This document shows positions 12,021-24,300 of a stretch of DNA of 50,115 nucleotides, piece by piece; the first letter of the stretch is position 1; every line of letters starts with the position of its first letter. The stretch lies in assembly GCF_039654945.1 (NCBI RefSeq), contig NW_027361806.1:18724001-18774115 (forward strand), read 5' to 3'. Source of the DNA: Dendrobates tinctorius (Eukaryota). A program made the position numbers and the translations under genes. Below the pieces are notes generated by a model, which had not been told where the DNA came from, did no database searches, and worked only from the letters and a program-made list of their open reading frames with translations.

Positions 12021-12966
12021 CAATCAATATAATCTGAACTGAAAAAGTCTTGGAACGAAAGGCCATGGGCCATACAATATAACCCAATTATGTAAAGGAC
12101 AAGGACTCCAACTATCAAAACCAGCTCCTACAAAATTAAGAAGTCATGCCTCCACACAACTTTATAAAATTACAAAATTTATTAGAATAACAAAAAGATC
12201 AATAATAAGCAGAGTAGTAATAAAATCCAAATGTAGGATCCTACCTCCCTCTTCTATTATTTTAGAGGTTAAAAAAATATATAGGGCTTGTTAAAAATAT
12301 GTAATTTTGTGTCACCGCTTTCTTTTTTTCCATAATTGAAGCCATAGATAAGGTTTTTTTGGTTGTGACATTTGTATTGGATTTTTGCAAGAAGATTGAA
12401 AAACAAAATAAAATACATTTTTTTGTTTACCATGTGGGGTAAATAATTTTATAGTTTTTATAGATCTGACATTTGCGGACACGGCGATACCGAATATGAT
12501 TTATTTTAACCTTTTATATGTTTTTTTTTTAAACATTTTTAAAAGCGTCATCTAAATTGTTAAAAAGCAGTGGTCAAATCTTCCTCTGGTCCCCTAGAAG
12601 TCTCCCTTTTGATGCCAGAATGGCAGGGCACTCAAGTGACCTTACTGTTTCCCCTCCGGGGGTCTGATCTTGATTGGCCAAAATTAGCAGTGCTTTTCCT
12701 TTGCACCATCATCTGCAGCTTCTGACTTCCTTGGGCATGGGCTTGACAAGAGAAGGCTAGATATGTCTGGGGCACCTGCGTTTTGTACCTGGGGGACCTG
12801 TATTGGATGCATGGCTCATGCCCCGAAACCTTCCAGGCTTGTCCATGGCCGACTTCCCAAAGTTCCAGATCATGAGAAAGCTGCTAACATTTACCTATTA
12901 CTGGAATGACAACGAATATAGGCTGCCATTTCTAAACACTAAAATATACAAATTTGGTATTGCCAT

Positions 12967-15245
12967 TGTGGGGAGTCAGCTTCAGCTGAGTCGACTTTTC
13001 TTTAGAGTGGACCCTCTGGGTCGTGGCACCCACCGAGGGCGAGCTGACCTTGTGAGGAACCACCCCCTATAGAGGGAATGTCAGGGGCAAGACCAAGGGG
13101 GTGAGCCACCACGACTGCTGGGACCAGACGGCCGGCTCAAGGAAGACACAATGTGAGTGTCTGACGACCAGGGACGTGCAGGAAACAAGACAAGACATAA
13201 GTTCAAGGTATCTTCATTAAGGACAACTTCAGTGTAACATCAGGTGCAAGACGTGATAACACAGGGAAAACACAGCAAGGTGCGTGCAAGGGCACGCCAA
13301 GGTCCATGGCATGGTACGTGCTAGATGGCATGCCTGGGTACAGGCAAAGGCACGATGACGTCGGACTCCGGACAGCAGGCAACGATCAACAGGGTCATCG
13401 GGTTCCGGACCTCTGATGGCGATCGGCAGGATCCGGGCATCTGGCAGGCAAACCAGGGTTCAAGGCAAAGTTCAAGGCAGGGTGTGTGCTAGGGACACGC
13501 CAGGGTCCAAAGCACAAGACAGGGTGCGTGTGTAGGGACACGCCAGGGTTCAAGATCCAAAGTCCTCGGCGCGCTAAGGAAGCCGCCAGGATTCAAGGTC
13601 CTGCGTGTGCTAAGGCATGCCAGGGGCATGGTACAAAGAATGGTCCTGGCCGTGCTAGGGGGCACGCCAGGGTACAAGGTTAGCAGCGGGTCCCACACGT
13701 GCTAGAGAACACATTGGGCTTTGAAGGTCAGGACTGGTGTCCTGCGCGTGCAGAGGGGCATGCCAAGGTCAGGGTTCAAGGCAAAGAGCGAAGCACAGAG
13801 CAAGGTACTAGCAAGACAAGGATACAAGACAGGTCATAGAACTCAGAACACGACAGAGAGACAAGGTTCAGGACAGAGCAAGGAAAGCGAAAGACTTGTG
13901 CAAGAGTAGCACGAAAACGCACAGTGCGAGAAACAGCGTGAGTGCAAGGGAGCACGGAAACCACGACTGGGGCGCCAGCAGGCGGTACCGGCTGGAGGCA
14001 CAGGCAGGCGGGCACGACTAGAGGCGGCATGGCTGAGGCACAGACAGGCGGAAACCACAATAGCACTGGACGGCAAGCACGGCTGACACACACAGGCGGG
14101 CACGACTAGGGGCGGCACGGCTGAGGCACAAGAGGCGGGCACGGAGCGACCAGGCACGTGCAAGAGGGCACGCAGCCACAAGGCAGGGCTAGGCAAAGGT
14201 ACAGGACAGAGACGCGTGCGAGGCAGCACAGCAAAGCCTAGTATGAGAGGTGCAAGGGCGCTCCAAAAATGGAGGCAAGACACAGAGTTCAAGACAAGGT
14301 CCTGCGCGTGCAGAGGGCACGTCAGGGTCCAGGACAGAGAGCGGAACTAGCAGCGGAGCGTAGGCCGAAGCCCAGAGCCGGGTTAAGGCAGAGCCTTGAG
14401 ACTAGTCAGGGAGTGTGCTAGAGAGCACCATAGAACAGAGTCTAGCAGCGGAGCGTAGGCCGGAGCCCAGAGCCGATTCAAGGCAGAGCCTTGAGATTAG
14501 ACACGGAATACAGGACAAACAGCAAGGCAAGGAAGAGCTTAGGCAAGACATAGCGAAACAGGCAGAGAACAGAGGAAGTACTACAAGGCAAAGCATAGCA
14601 AAAGCAAACACTGCATGAGAGACAACACAAGACATGGCACAAGACAAGAGACAGAGTACAAGCACAGAGCGTGTGCAGAGACGCACTACAGAGCAGAGTG
14701 CAGGGGCACAGAATACAGGGAGCGACCGAGCAGACCAAGCAGCCATGCAGGGAAGCAACACGATACTCAGGCCCCCGACCATAGGAAGGGGCGGTCTGAT
14801 ATAGCACCATAGCACCTTGACTTCCGGGTCAGGACCAGGGAACGACTTCCGGTTCAGATCCTCCTGGGTCATAGAGAGTGTTGCTAGATCAGACTGGCTG
14901 GACCATAGAGAAGGTCACATGATCAGGGGTTCCAGGAATCCAGAGGATTTCAGAATCAGACAGTGCTGTAACATAAGAAAGGTCACATGATCAGGGGTTC
15001 CAGGAATACAGAGGATTGCAGAATCAGACAGTGACGGATGGTTACCTAGCAACGGCGTGCAGCCATGAGGTAAGGCGTGCGTGCACACTGCACCAGGTGT
15101 CTTGCGGCATAACAGTCATGAGGAGCGCCTGTACACACAGGCGAGACCCACGGGGCGCCCGCAGGGACCCGGACCTTGGGACAACGAGGCATGACAATGG
15201 GGATCATGCAGCGCAAGCAGCATGGCCAGCATGATGGGCATGACA
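12967..15245 (-). mobile_element. Large solo-LTR-like / non-coding LTR-type element (2.28 kb) with internal tandem duplications
   Basis: TG...CA termini with exact 5-bp TSD GCCAT (12962-12966 and 15246-15250). Internal duplications at ~14340/14440 and ~14909/14977. No pol/gag homology seen. Strand inferred from composition. Confidence 0.75.
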
Positions 15246-15965
15246 GCCATAATCGGATTGACCTGGAGAACCATGTTACTTGGTCATTTTTTTCTGCACA
15301 AACAAAACCCAAAAACAATGGTGGAATTGCATATTTTCAAATGTTTTTCAGGGCACTATATAGTAAAATATATTATGTCAATGAAAACTACAACTCATCC
15401 CACAAAGCAAGCCGTCATACAGGTATGGTGATGGGAAAATAAAAAAGTGATGGCTTTTAGAAAAAGAAGAAAAAATAAAAAAGCAAAAATTAAATATGGT
15501 CGCTCCCTTAAGGGATTAATTGTAAAATGTCAGTCAGTGCTACAGCCTGGGTGCAATATGACAGCGAAATGGGAAAATAACAGCATAAATGCCTTTGAAG
15601 AAAATTGGACATAAAAGAAGCCAGAATATGTGGGCAATCAACTAAGAAAGGCATTTGGCAGCGGGCACAGGCAGGTGTCAGTGCTATGTATGTGCAAACA
15701 GTGAGATGGCACGAGACACGAGAGGAGAAGGTGGCAACGCTGGGTAAGCAGCAGATGGCAGCAGGCGGCAGCTTCCGCAAACCTTTCATTCTGCCCGCAT
15801 GAAAAGACGACGGAGGAGTTTACTTGAGGCAGAAGAATACATGGGGCTCCTGGGATTAGAGAGAGAATGCCATCTGTAGTGACGCACATTGTATTAGGAA
15901 TGGTGGTAGTATATTCCGTGCCATATAGATATCTGCAAATGTTAATATCATTATATTATCTTCTA

Positions 15966-16023
15966 TAATAATAATAATTTGATATAGATCCAACATATTC
16001 TGCAGCGCTGTACAATTCAGAAG
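15966..16023 (-). mobile_element. L2 3'-end fragment
   Basis: ATAATAATAATAATTTGATATAGATCCAACATATTCTGCAGCGCTGTACAATT resembles the reverse complement of the L2 tail at 10605-10659. Confidence 0.65.
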
Positions 16024-16031
16024 ATTATGTC

Positions 16032-16252
16032 TAGGGTTGAGCGAATACGATCGGGTCAGGGCTTATTCAGCAAGCTATAGCGCTTACCGAATAAGCTGCA
16101 GAGGAAACCTGGATACATGGAGCGCATCGGCCGATCAGCTGATTGGCGTCGCGGCTGTGTGACAGTCACGACACATGCATGGAGAGCCTGTTTGTTGGGT
16201 TCGCTATAGCTTGCCGAATAAGCCCTGACCCGATCAAATTCGCTCAACTCTA
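16032..16252. mobile_element. hAT-type MITE
   Basis: Long terminal inverted repeats (TAGGGTTGAGCGAA...TTCGCTCAACTCTA) and exact 8-bp TSD ATTATGTC (16024-16031, 16253-16260). Confidence 0.9.
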
Positions 16253-16434
16253 ATTATGTCTGCTTAATATTAATAAACTTCGATGTTCTTCTATTTTAAA
16301 TATTTAGAGGACAACTCTAACGTAATGTTTTATTTCAATGTATGTACAGTGCCTGCAGTAAAATACTTATTGCTTGATGTCTTCTGCCATTTCCATCGGC
16401 ACTCCGTGTCTCTCCTGGATTTTGTGACCACAGT

Positions 16435-16965
16435 TGTAAGGAGCCGGTGTCACAGTTCCATCCCTCAGGGTGTCTGGGATGCTGTTACTGACAGCTTGGC
16501 CGTCCAATTTGGTACAGGAACGTGCTGAAGCTGTCAGTACTTTGATTGACAGCATGGCCATCCAATCTGGTTCAGGGGTGTGCTGAGCTGTCAGTGCTTT
16601 GATTGACAGCTCAACTATCCAATCTGTGAATGGGAGGTGTCGGCTGGCTCCAAGTGTTCGCTATCCCGGGTGATTGCCATGCCTTCTTAACTGAGCAGTT
16701 TCTCTCAGACGTACATTCAACAAGTGAGGTTTGTGCTCCTGTGCCTTATGTTCTGTTTGTTTGATCTTTTGTTGTCTGACCCTGGACTTCGTTCTAACCC
16801 CTTTTGCTCCGATCCGTTATCCTCCCGGTACTCTGACCTTGGAACGTTACCTGACTACGCTTTTGTCTCTTCCTTCTCTTTATGATGTACCCTCCTGGCT
16901 TCTGGACTGGGACTCCTTGATCACTCTGACTCACGGCTTGACCGTGAGAAGTGACTAGCGTTACA
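16435..16965 (+). mobile_element. Probable solo LTR
   Basis: TGTAA...TTACA inverted termini; internal ~57-bp repeats (GCTGTCAGT.CTTTGATTGACAGC...ATCCAAT); pyrimidine-rich 3' half. No clean TSD. Confidence 0.5.
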
Positions 16966-17139
16966 ACCAGCTCATACATTGTTTTTTGTGTGACCAGCTC
17001 TCATAGACTTTCCATACTTTAAATGAGGAACTAACAGTCCGACGTAAGAGCCGCTAAGAAAGAGCTGTAGTATTATGATGCAGTAGAGGAGCGGAGCAGC
17101 ACTGGAAAAGATAGATAGAAGACAGTGATGAGTAAAGAT

Positions 17140-17265
17140 GATGTATACATCACATAGGAGACTCTAAGACTACTGTATACATCACATAGGAGACTACGAG
17201 ACTGCTTTAAACATCACATAGACACCAAGACGGCTTTGTACATCACAGAAGATACACAGAGACTG
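17140..17265. repeat. ~31-33 bp tandem repeat (TACATCACATAGGAGAC...ACTG)
   Basis: About 4 degenerate copies; same family as 22425-22800. Confidence 0.75.
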
Positions 17266-17269
17266 TTGT

Positions 17270-17460
17270 ATATAAAAAAAAAATAGGTATTGTTCCAGCT
17301 TCTTACAAAATTCAATTTTATTTACCAAAGTTAATAGGAAAGATGATGACAGACATGATGTAACATGATAAATGGCTACGTGTTTTGAACACAAAGTGTC
17401 CTTTATCAAGCTACACATACTAAAACCTCCATGGAATTTATACCATGGTTGACCAATTAG
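17270..17460 (-). mobile_element. Possible Penelope-like element terminus with degenerate hammerhead-like motif
   Basis: Minus strand GCTTGATAAA-GGACAC-TTT-GTGTTC-AAAACACGTAGC, followed by AATAAA and a T-run; resembles PLE pLTR ends. No ORF support. Confidence 0.4.
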
Positions 17461-18588
17461 AAGGTATTCACTCATCACATGATGCTAAACATGATTGCTT
17501 AAAATCACATGCATGTGTCAAAAATAAAAAAGACCAAAAAAAACAGCAATAATATAGCCAAATCCGGGAAAACTGCAATTGGCATAATTCCAGCAGACAG
17601 CAATCAAAACAAAAACAAAAAAAACAACTAATGTGCATAATAACAATGAATTCTCAATAGTGGAACATTAGTTCCTTGTGGGCATTTAGTCCCATAGGAT
17701 GGCACGATCCTAAACGAAAGATCCAGTAGGCTTCCCTGGTCATAAGTATTCGTTTGATGTCACCTCCTCTTGGTGGTGTCAGCAATCGCGTGGCCTCTGC
17801 AGTCAGGACTTTTCTGGTCCGTCGATGGAACCGACCTGGATCGGCGAAGGTTCAGACAATTAAATATTACCTTTTTCCTTATTTAAATTAGTCCCTTTCC
17901 GTTGGCCAAATTTTAAAAGGGTGCAGACAACCCTTTTGTTTTTCTTTTTTAAGTATGAATTTAACCACATTTACCTGTCAAAGTGTCTTGAACATTGCTG
18001 ATGATTAATAGGACGTAAACGTATGATCTGTGAGTGTCCAACCCCAGGACCCCCGACGATCAGCAAGATCTGCATCACCTCTGTTCTGCTGAGTGCCAGG
18101 ATCCGGAGGATGAATGCAATCATTGTAAGTGTCTTCTATCAATGTGCATGCCTGGAAAACCTAGCACAGTACCACGGCCATAAAGATTATGAAGATGATT
18201 AATGATTGTCCCTGCGGCTCTTTTCTCATGCTGCGGATGCTTTCCATTATATATACAGTGAGGTTCAGTATGTGCATGCATTATTACCTGTGCAAAACCA
18301 TGACCGGCATCTGTTTGGCCGTCTCTCAGGTGTGCGATATACCGCCGATCTCACTGGACAATCCTCGGAGCTTTGTTAGACCTCAGACTGTCCATATAAA
18401 ACCATCAGGTCTGACGGTATAATGGCGACGGCTGCCAATCCTTTTATTCTCTTATTATTGTCATTGGTGCTACAGTCATTACACATTGATGCATCTCAAT
18501 ACATGAATGACTGAGTCACAGCCGTTGGTAATCCTGCTGGCACAGCAGCTGTGCCCACACGAAGAGTCGGATGAACCAATATGTCCAA

Positions 18589-19741
18589 TGTCACGGTCAC
18601 GTGTGTCTGGACGCAGCGAGTACCGCATGGCGAACCCATATGACACATGTGACCCTGGATACACCGCCTCCAGTGGGGCGAATTTAAGTAATAAGACGTG
18701 CAGCTGGATACACCGCCTCCAACAGGCGAATTTAGGTATTACACGTAAATCTGGAAACCCCGCCTCCAGTAAGGCAAATTTAAATAATAAAGGGGGAACC
18801 TGGGTAACATTAACAATGGTGGGCCCTGCAATAGGGAATAGGGAAGTGGAGACCTCGTGAACTCCCCTGAGCCAGGGTCCCTGCACTCCTAACGTTCCCT
18901 ATGCTGGTTCTGCATCGGGCGACGCACAGGGACCTAAGAACCCTTGCTCGTCCTGACCTAAACCCTCACTAGGGAATTGGTCGGTGCGGAAACTAATCCC
19001 ACCACTGCACTAAAACACACATGAGGAAAGATGACAAAACAGGGGACACACCACTTAGCTTTGCTCTGTTGCGTACGCTCCTAGCAACAGAGCCCATCAC
19101 CTGTGTGCATCTTCTCCTCCACCCGGATCCATCACCATAACTGGATCCTTCACCATAGTGCAGCCTTGGAGCAGAGTCCACCACCAGTTGCAGAAGTCCA
19201 TTAACAGAGTCCCAAAGATGAGTTCAGCTCCTGCCCAAAAAGTCAAGCATGCTTGAGTCCAGCTCTCAGCAACCAACTCCCGCATGCTGAGTGCAACTCT
19301 CTCCATAGTCGTCACTCCACCAAGCTATGCAAGCACTTCCTGCCGACACATAAACTGTGACTCCACCACGCCATGCCAGCCCTTCCTGCAGGCCACATAG
19401 CTGCCACTCGTTCCCTCTGGCTGGGCTGCGCAGGACTCATGTTCAGCTCCTTCCTCACCCAGGCTTGCTTCCCAAATGCCAAACACAATATCACCAACAG
19501 TGATTGAACACACCTGGCTCTCTTTTATAGAGTCTCACACCTGATTTATAATTACGTGCACTAAACCAAAGAAACTAAAGTGCACTACCACTCACCACCA
19601 CCGGGGCAACTTAGAATGAACGACACCACGTGTAATAATTCTAATGGCCACCGGGGGCAATCACATCACTTTGACACCTAGCCAAAGGAAAAAAAGTTCA
19701 CTTATCCATTTAATCTGTCAGATCCACGCTGGATCATGACA
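18589..19741 (-). mobile_element. Solo LTR (family A, copy 1)
   Basis: TGTCAC...CATGACA termini; TSD TCCAA/TCCAC (4/5 match); ~49-bp repeats containing GGATACACCGCCTCCA; homologous to 20727-21567. Strand inferred. Confidence 0.75.
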
Positions 19742-20034
19742 TCCACATACATTAAATGGTCATAGACATTTACATAAATCAAGAATACTTTGTAATATAT
19801 CTCATCAAAGAAATCTACTACTTTCTACACTTAGGTGCCACCTCTCCCCCCACCACCCCGCTGCCTCCTGAACTCATCATCCACTATGAAAAACAGATAA
19901 AACTTGCCTTGGTCAAAGCGAGATGGACTGCCAAATCACTGAAGGGTTAAACTGCAGCTGTATAATGACGTCTATGGAGATGGGAGGAGGATGAAAGATG
20001 AGCAGAGTGAAGAAACACATATTATGTTGCTGTT

Positions 20035-20726
20035 CTCAAGTAAGTGTTTTATCTCACCCTAGAGCTGGATTAACAGGCAAACTGCGCAGTACTGCTGAAT
20101 AATGTTCTCTGTGTTGCTGCTTTATAGTAAGTTTTTATTTTAGTCCAGTGATGTATATACATCTATACTGCTCAGTACTGCTGTCTAATGACCTTCGTGC
20201 TGCTAGTAAGTAATTCATCTAATCCCAGAAATGGATCCACAGCTACACTGCCTAGTACTTTACTTTCTAGTAAGTGTTTATTTCACCCCATAGCAGGATT
20301 CACAGGTAAACTGTTTATTACCTCTGTATAACGTTCTCCATGATACTATTTTATAGTAAATTTTAATCTTACCCCAGTCCTGGATTCAAAACTACACTGC
20401 TCAGTGCTGCAGTTATCCATGCTGCCATTTTTTAGTAATTGTTTATCTAACCCAAGTGGTAGATTCATAGCTGCACTACTCAGTATTGCTGTATAATGTC
20501 CCTTATGTTGCTGCTTTCAATAAGTGTTTGTTTCACCCCATAGCTGGATTCACAGCTACACAGTTCAGTGCTGCTGTATACCGTTCTCCATGCTGCTATT
20601 TTCTAGTAAGTGTTTATCTCACCAGTTGATAGATTGATAGCTACACTACTCAGCATTGCTGTATACTGTTAGTTATTGTTTATGTCATCCTAGAGCTGGA
20701 ATTACATCTATACTACTCAGTACTGC
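20035..20726. repeat. ~80-bp degenerate tandem repeat (TTTATCTCACCC.AGAGCTGGATTCACAGCTACACTGCTCAGTACTGCTGTATAATG...)
   Basis: About 8-9 diverged units; the array resumes after the LTR at 21568; same family at 48420-48780. Confidence 0.8.
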
Positions 20727-21567
20727 TGTAATGTCACGTGTGACTGGATACACCGCCTCCAGTAGGGCGAGTTTCAATAACACCCGTGAACCTGGATACA
20801 CCGCCTCCAGCAGGGCGAATTTAAACAGAGTTAAGGGAAACACCGGGGAAACGTTACAATGGAGGGCCCTGCAATAGGGAACGGGGACGTGGAGACCTCC
20901 TACCCTCCCCTGAGTCAGTGTCCCTACACTCCTGACGATCCCTAGGCAGGTTCCGCACCTGGCGACGAGCTGGATACCTCAGATCCCTAGCTTGCCCTGC
21001 ACTTATCCCTTTCTAGTGTACTGGACGGTGCAGAAACTAATCCCAACACTGCACTAATACAAAAGGAAAGTCACAAACAGGGAAAAACACCACTTAGCTT
21101 TGCTCTGTTGTTATTGCTCCCAGCAACAGAGTACAACACCAAAGTTCAGCTTCACCCCTGAAGCTCGACACCTGAATTCAGCTTCCGCCTGAAGCAATTA
21201 CACCAGAGCTCCCCTGAGCTGCTAGGAACTCCTCTCTGTAGTTCCTTCCTTCACCAGACTTGGTTGGAAATGAGCAATATCACCAACAGTGAGTGAGACC
21301 ACCTGCTACTCCTTTATAGATAGGAGCCAGGGTATCACACCTGCTTCCTTATGACGTGCAATAACACTAGCGGCCACCGGGGCAACTGAACTAAAATAAC
21401 CAGAGTGCAATAACCCGAACCGCCACCGGGGGGCAAAACGAGAACTAAACCACAGTGTAATGACCCTAATGGCCACCGGGGGCAAAACTAACTTTAAGCA
21501 AACAGCTTAAAGGAAAAAAAAAGGTTACTTGTGCAAAATATGTCATAATCCAACCTGGGTCATGACA
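20727..21567 (-). mobile_element. Solo LTR (family A, copy 2) inserted in the 80-bp repeat
   Basis: TGTAATG...CATGACA termini; exact 5-bp TSD ACTGC (20722-20726, 21568-21572); shares blocks with 18589-19741 (GGGCCCTGCAATAGGGAA, CACCACTTAGCTTTGCTCTGTTG, GGCCACCGGGGGCAA). Confidence 0.8.
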
Positions 21568-22424
21568 ACTGCTGTATTTTGACCTCCATGCTGCTGCTTC
21601 TCAGCATGTGCTACAAGAGACAGGAGAGCAGGAAATAAAATGGCCGGTAATTGTGTTATTCCTCATGCACACACATGACAACATACTCTGAATATTAATC
21701 TGGAGTGACAGGAGCACTTGAAAACCCTTTGCACACCGAACATTGATCACATGATACTTATTGTACGCGCTTTGGGAGTGCAATTAAAATACTTAAAGGG
21801 AATTTGTCAGCAGGATTTCACCCTCCAAACTGTTTATAAACATATGCAGCTCTTTCAAAAGCAAGTCCAACAATACCTTTACATGGACGGTCCGCTCCTC
21901 CGTTACTGAGAAATCAGCTTTTGGATATTCAAGTGAGGCTGAAGAGCTATGGTAGATTTCAAGCCTCCGTCACTCCAGTTCTATTCCACGCCTTGCGCCT
22001 CCTCATGCTTCACTGATAGCTCTTTTGCTTGAGGTCACACAGCCTAGTGGCTGTCAGTCTAAAGCAGAAGTGGGGAACCTTTCTTCTGCCAGGGGCCATT
22101 TAGATATTTAAACCATCATTCGGGGTCCATAGAAAATTATCAGCTTGAAATTTATCCTGCTGTATTTAGTCAAACATTTACATAACTCCTACACGATGTG
22201 ATGGCTGGAGCTGCTTCTCTTTGGTGTGATGATGTTAGGTTGTATTAATGATGTTGCTACTCATAACGACTTTTCCAGATTTGTGCCGGTCTGGAGCACA
22301 ATGAATTTTGAAAAGAACTCGCAGCAGTAAGTTCTTAAGTTTTGAAAACAAATGTATATTTCACTGCAGGTCTCTTCACAGTGGGAAATTCATCATGTAA
22401 CATTTATAGAACTCTAGCAGTGGG

Positions 22425-23010
22425 AGATCTGCTGTATGTACATCACATAGGAGACACCGAGACTGCTGTTTATACATCATATAGGAGACACAGACTGCTG
22501 TATACATCACACAGGAGACACAAAGACTTCTGTGTATACATCACATAGGAGACACCGAGACTGGTGTATACACATCACATAGGAGACACTGAGACTGTTC
22601 TATATACATTACACAGGAAATACTGGGATTGCTGTATATAAATCACATAGGAGACACTGGTGTATATACATCATATAGGAGACACTGACTGCTGTATACA
22701 TCACATAGGAGACACCAAAACTTCTGTATATACATTACATAGGAGATACAGGGATTGCTGTATATGCATCACATAGGAGACACAGACATATACCTCACAT
22801 GTGATGCTGTTGCATATATATATACATCACAAGAGAGGCTGGGGGCATACATACATCACAGGAGGGGCATATATACATCACAAGAGATGCTGGGGGCATA
22901 TATACATCACAGGAGACGCTGGGGGCATACATACATCACAGGAGGGGCTGGGGGCATATATACATCACAGGAGACGCTGGGGGCATATATACATCACAGG
23001 AGGGGCTGGA
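22425..23010. repeat. Composite minisatellite: ~33-bp TACATCACATAGGAGACACTGAGACTGCTG then ~30-bp TATACATCACAGGAGACGCTGGGGGCATA
   Basis: Directly visible tandem units. Probably internal to a non-autonomous DNA transposon starting near 22066 (GTGGGGAACCTTT...GGGCCATTT). Confidence 0.85.
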
Positions 23011-23539
23011 GCTTCCGCTGCTGTCAACTGTGTGACCGGAGTGCAGAGCGCGCTGACAACGCCCAGAAAGTATGTCCTGATCCTGCAGTGGCCAGCGTCA
23101 GGACGTAATCCTTCAGTGCATGCTCCACAGCGTTCTCAGAATGTAAATTAAAGGGCCCACAACTGACAAGCACTATGGTCCCTGGGAATGTGCCCAGGTG
23201 CCACAGAAAAGGGCATCGCGAGTGGATTCCCACTCCCACTCATGGCCTAAAGGGAGGATTTTGCATATCAATTCAAACTCTGACTTCTCCGTAATGGACT
23301 GGTCTCGGAGCGATCTCCTGTACATGTGAACACTGGTTTGAGGTGAAATGCTGCTGGCAGATTCCTTTTTCGTCATGAAGTGCTTTGTCCATTGTGGCAG
23401 CACACCATGTAAATGACCATAGCTGACGGGGACACCTTTTATGTGCTAATATGAGGGGCAGTATTACATGCCGAGGGGCAGCCGATGCCGGGTCTGGAAG
23501 GCCCTACTTATCCAGAATAACCTCATTAGTGCATTATTG

Positions 23540-24300
23540 CTATGTGACATGTGATGCAGGTGGAGACTTTGGACGCTGCTCTCCTAGAGGCTCATGAATC
23601 AGCATAAAGCGCTGTAAACCCCGGCATCAGCATCATTATTGTGATGACTTGTTGTAATCATTGACCTTCCCCAATTGTCTCAGGCACCAAATGTAGCTGA
23701 TGAAATGAGGCTGCATCACCGACTCTGGTATCTGCAGAATTGCAACCTTTCTATGTGACCGTGTGGCGGTATTATACAGTATTACGGTATGCAGGTTCTT
23801 TACAGCGGTTTATATGGCACGGTGTGGTGGTGATGGCTTGTCTTTGTATGATGCATATGTATTATATGCATTACTGATCCTTGTGCGTCCTACTGCTGGG
23901 ACCCCAATAATCACAAGAACAGTGGTCCTAAATCCTCAATCTGAATGGAGAGGTGGCTGAGCATGCTCAGTGCTGCTCCATCAAATAGGGGACCCCCACT
24001 TGGCTGCACGTGACGTGTCTCAGACAAGTGACGCAATAAATAGATGTGCAGCAACTTTTCTTATTGCACATAGTAAGAGGCACAGGCGGCAGAATATCGA
24101 ACACGTTTGGAAGTATTTTTTTACTTTGCGTTGTGGTCGTGGGAGGTCGCAGGTTATAATGCGAAACCATAGAAAGTTATTAAATGTGATATATCGCAAT
24201 GCAACGCGGCATAGCCTTATTGTGATCCGAGGGGGTTTCAGCAGCAGCCCCCCAGCTATAAGCAGCTATTCTGTGCTTAGATGATTAGTTGCTATTATGG
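23540..24300. promoter_or_regulatory. Candidate CTH upstream regulatory region (C/EBP-ATF composite sites, E-box)
   Basis: TGATGAAAT (23698-23706), CACGTGACGT (24007-24016), TGACGCAAT (24029-24037), ATTGCACA (~24063), in apparently non-repetitive sequence 2.2-2.9 kb upstream of the CTH ATG. Confidence 0.35.

Noticed and set aside
11174-12042. Long His/Pro/Cys-rich ORFs as genes
   Set aside because: Translation of an L2-derived tandem repeat; no splice or homology support.
18589-21567. Single LTR retrotransposon with paired LTRs
   Set aside because: Separate TSDs, divergent LTRs and no internal gag/pol.
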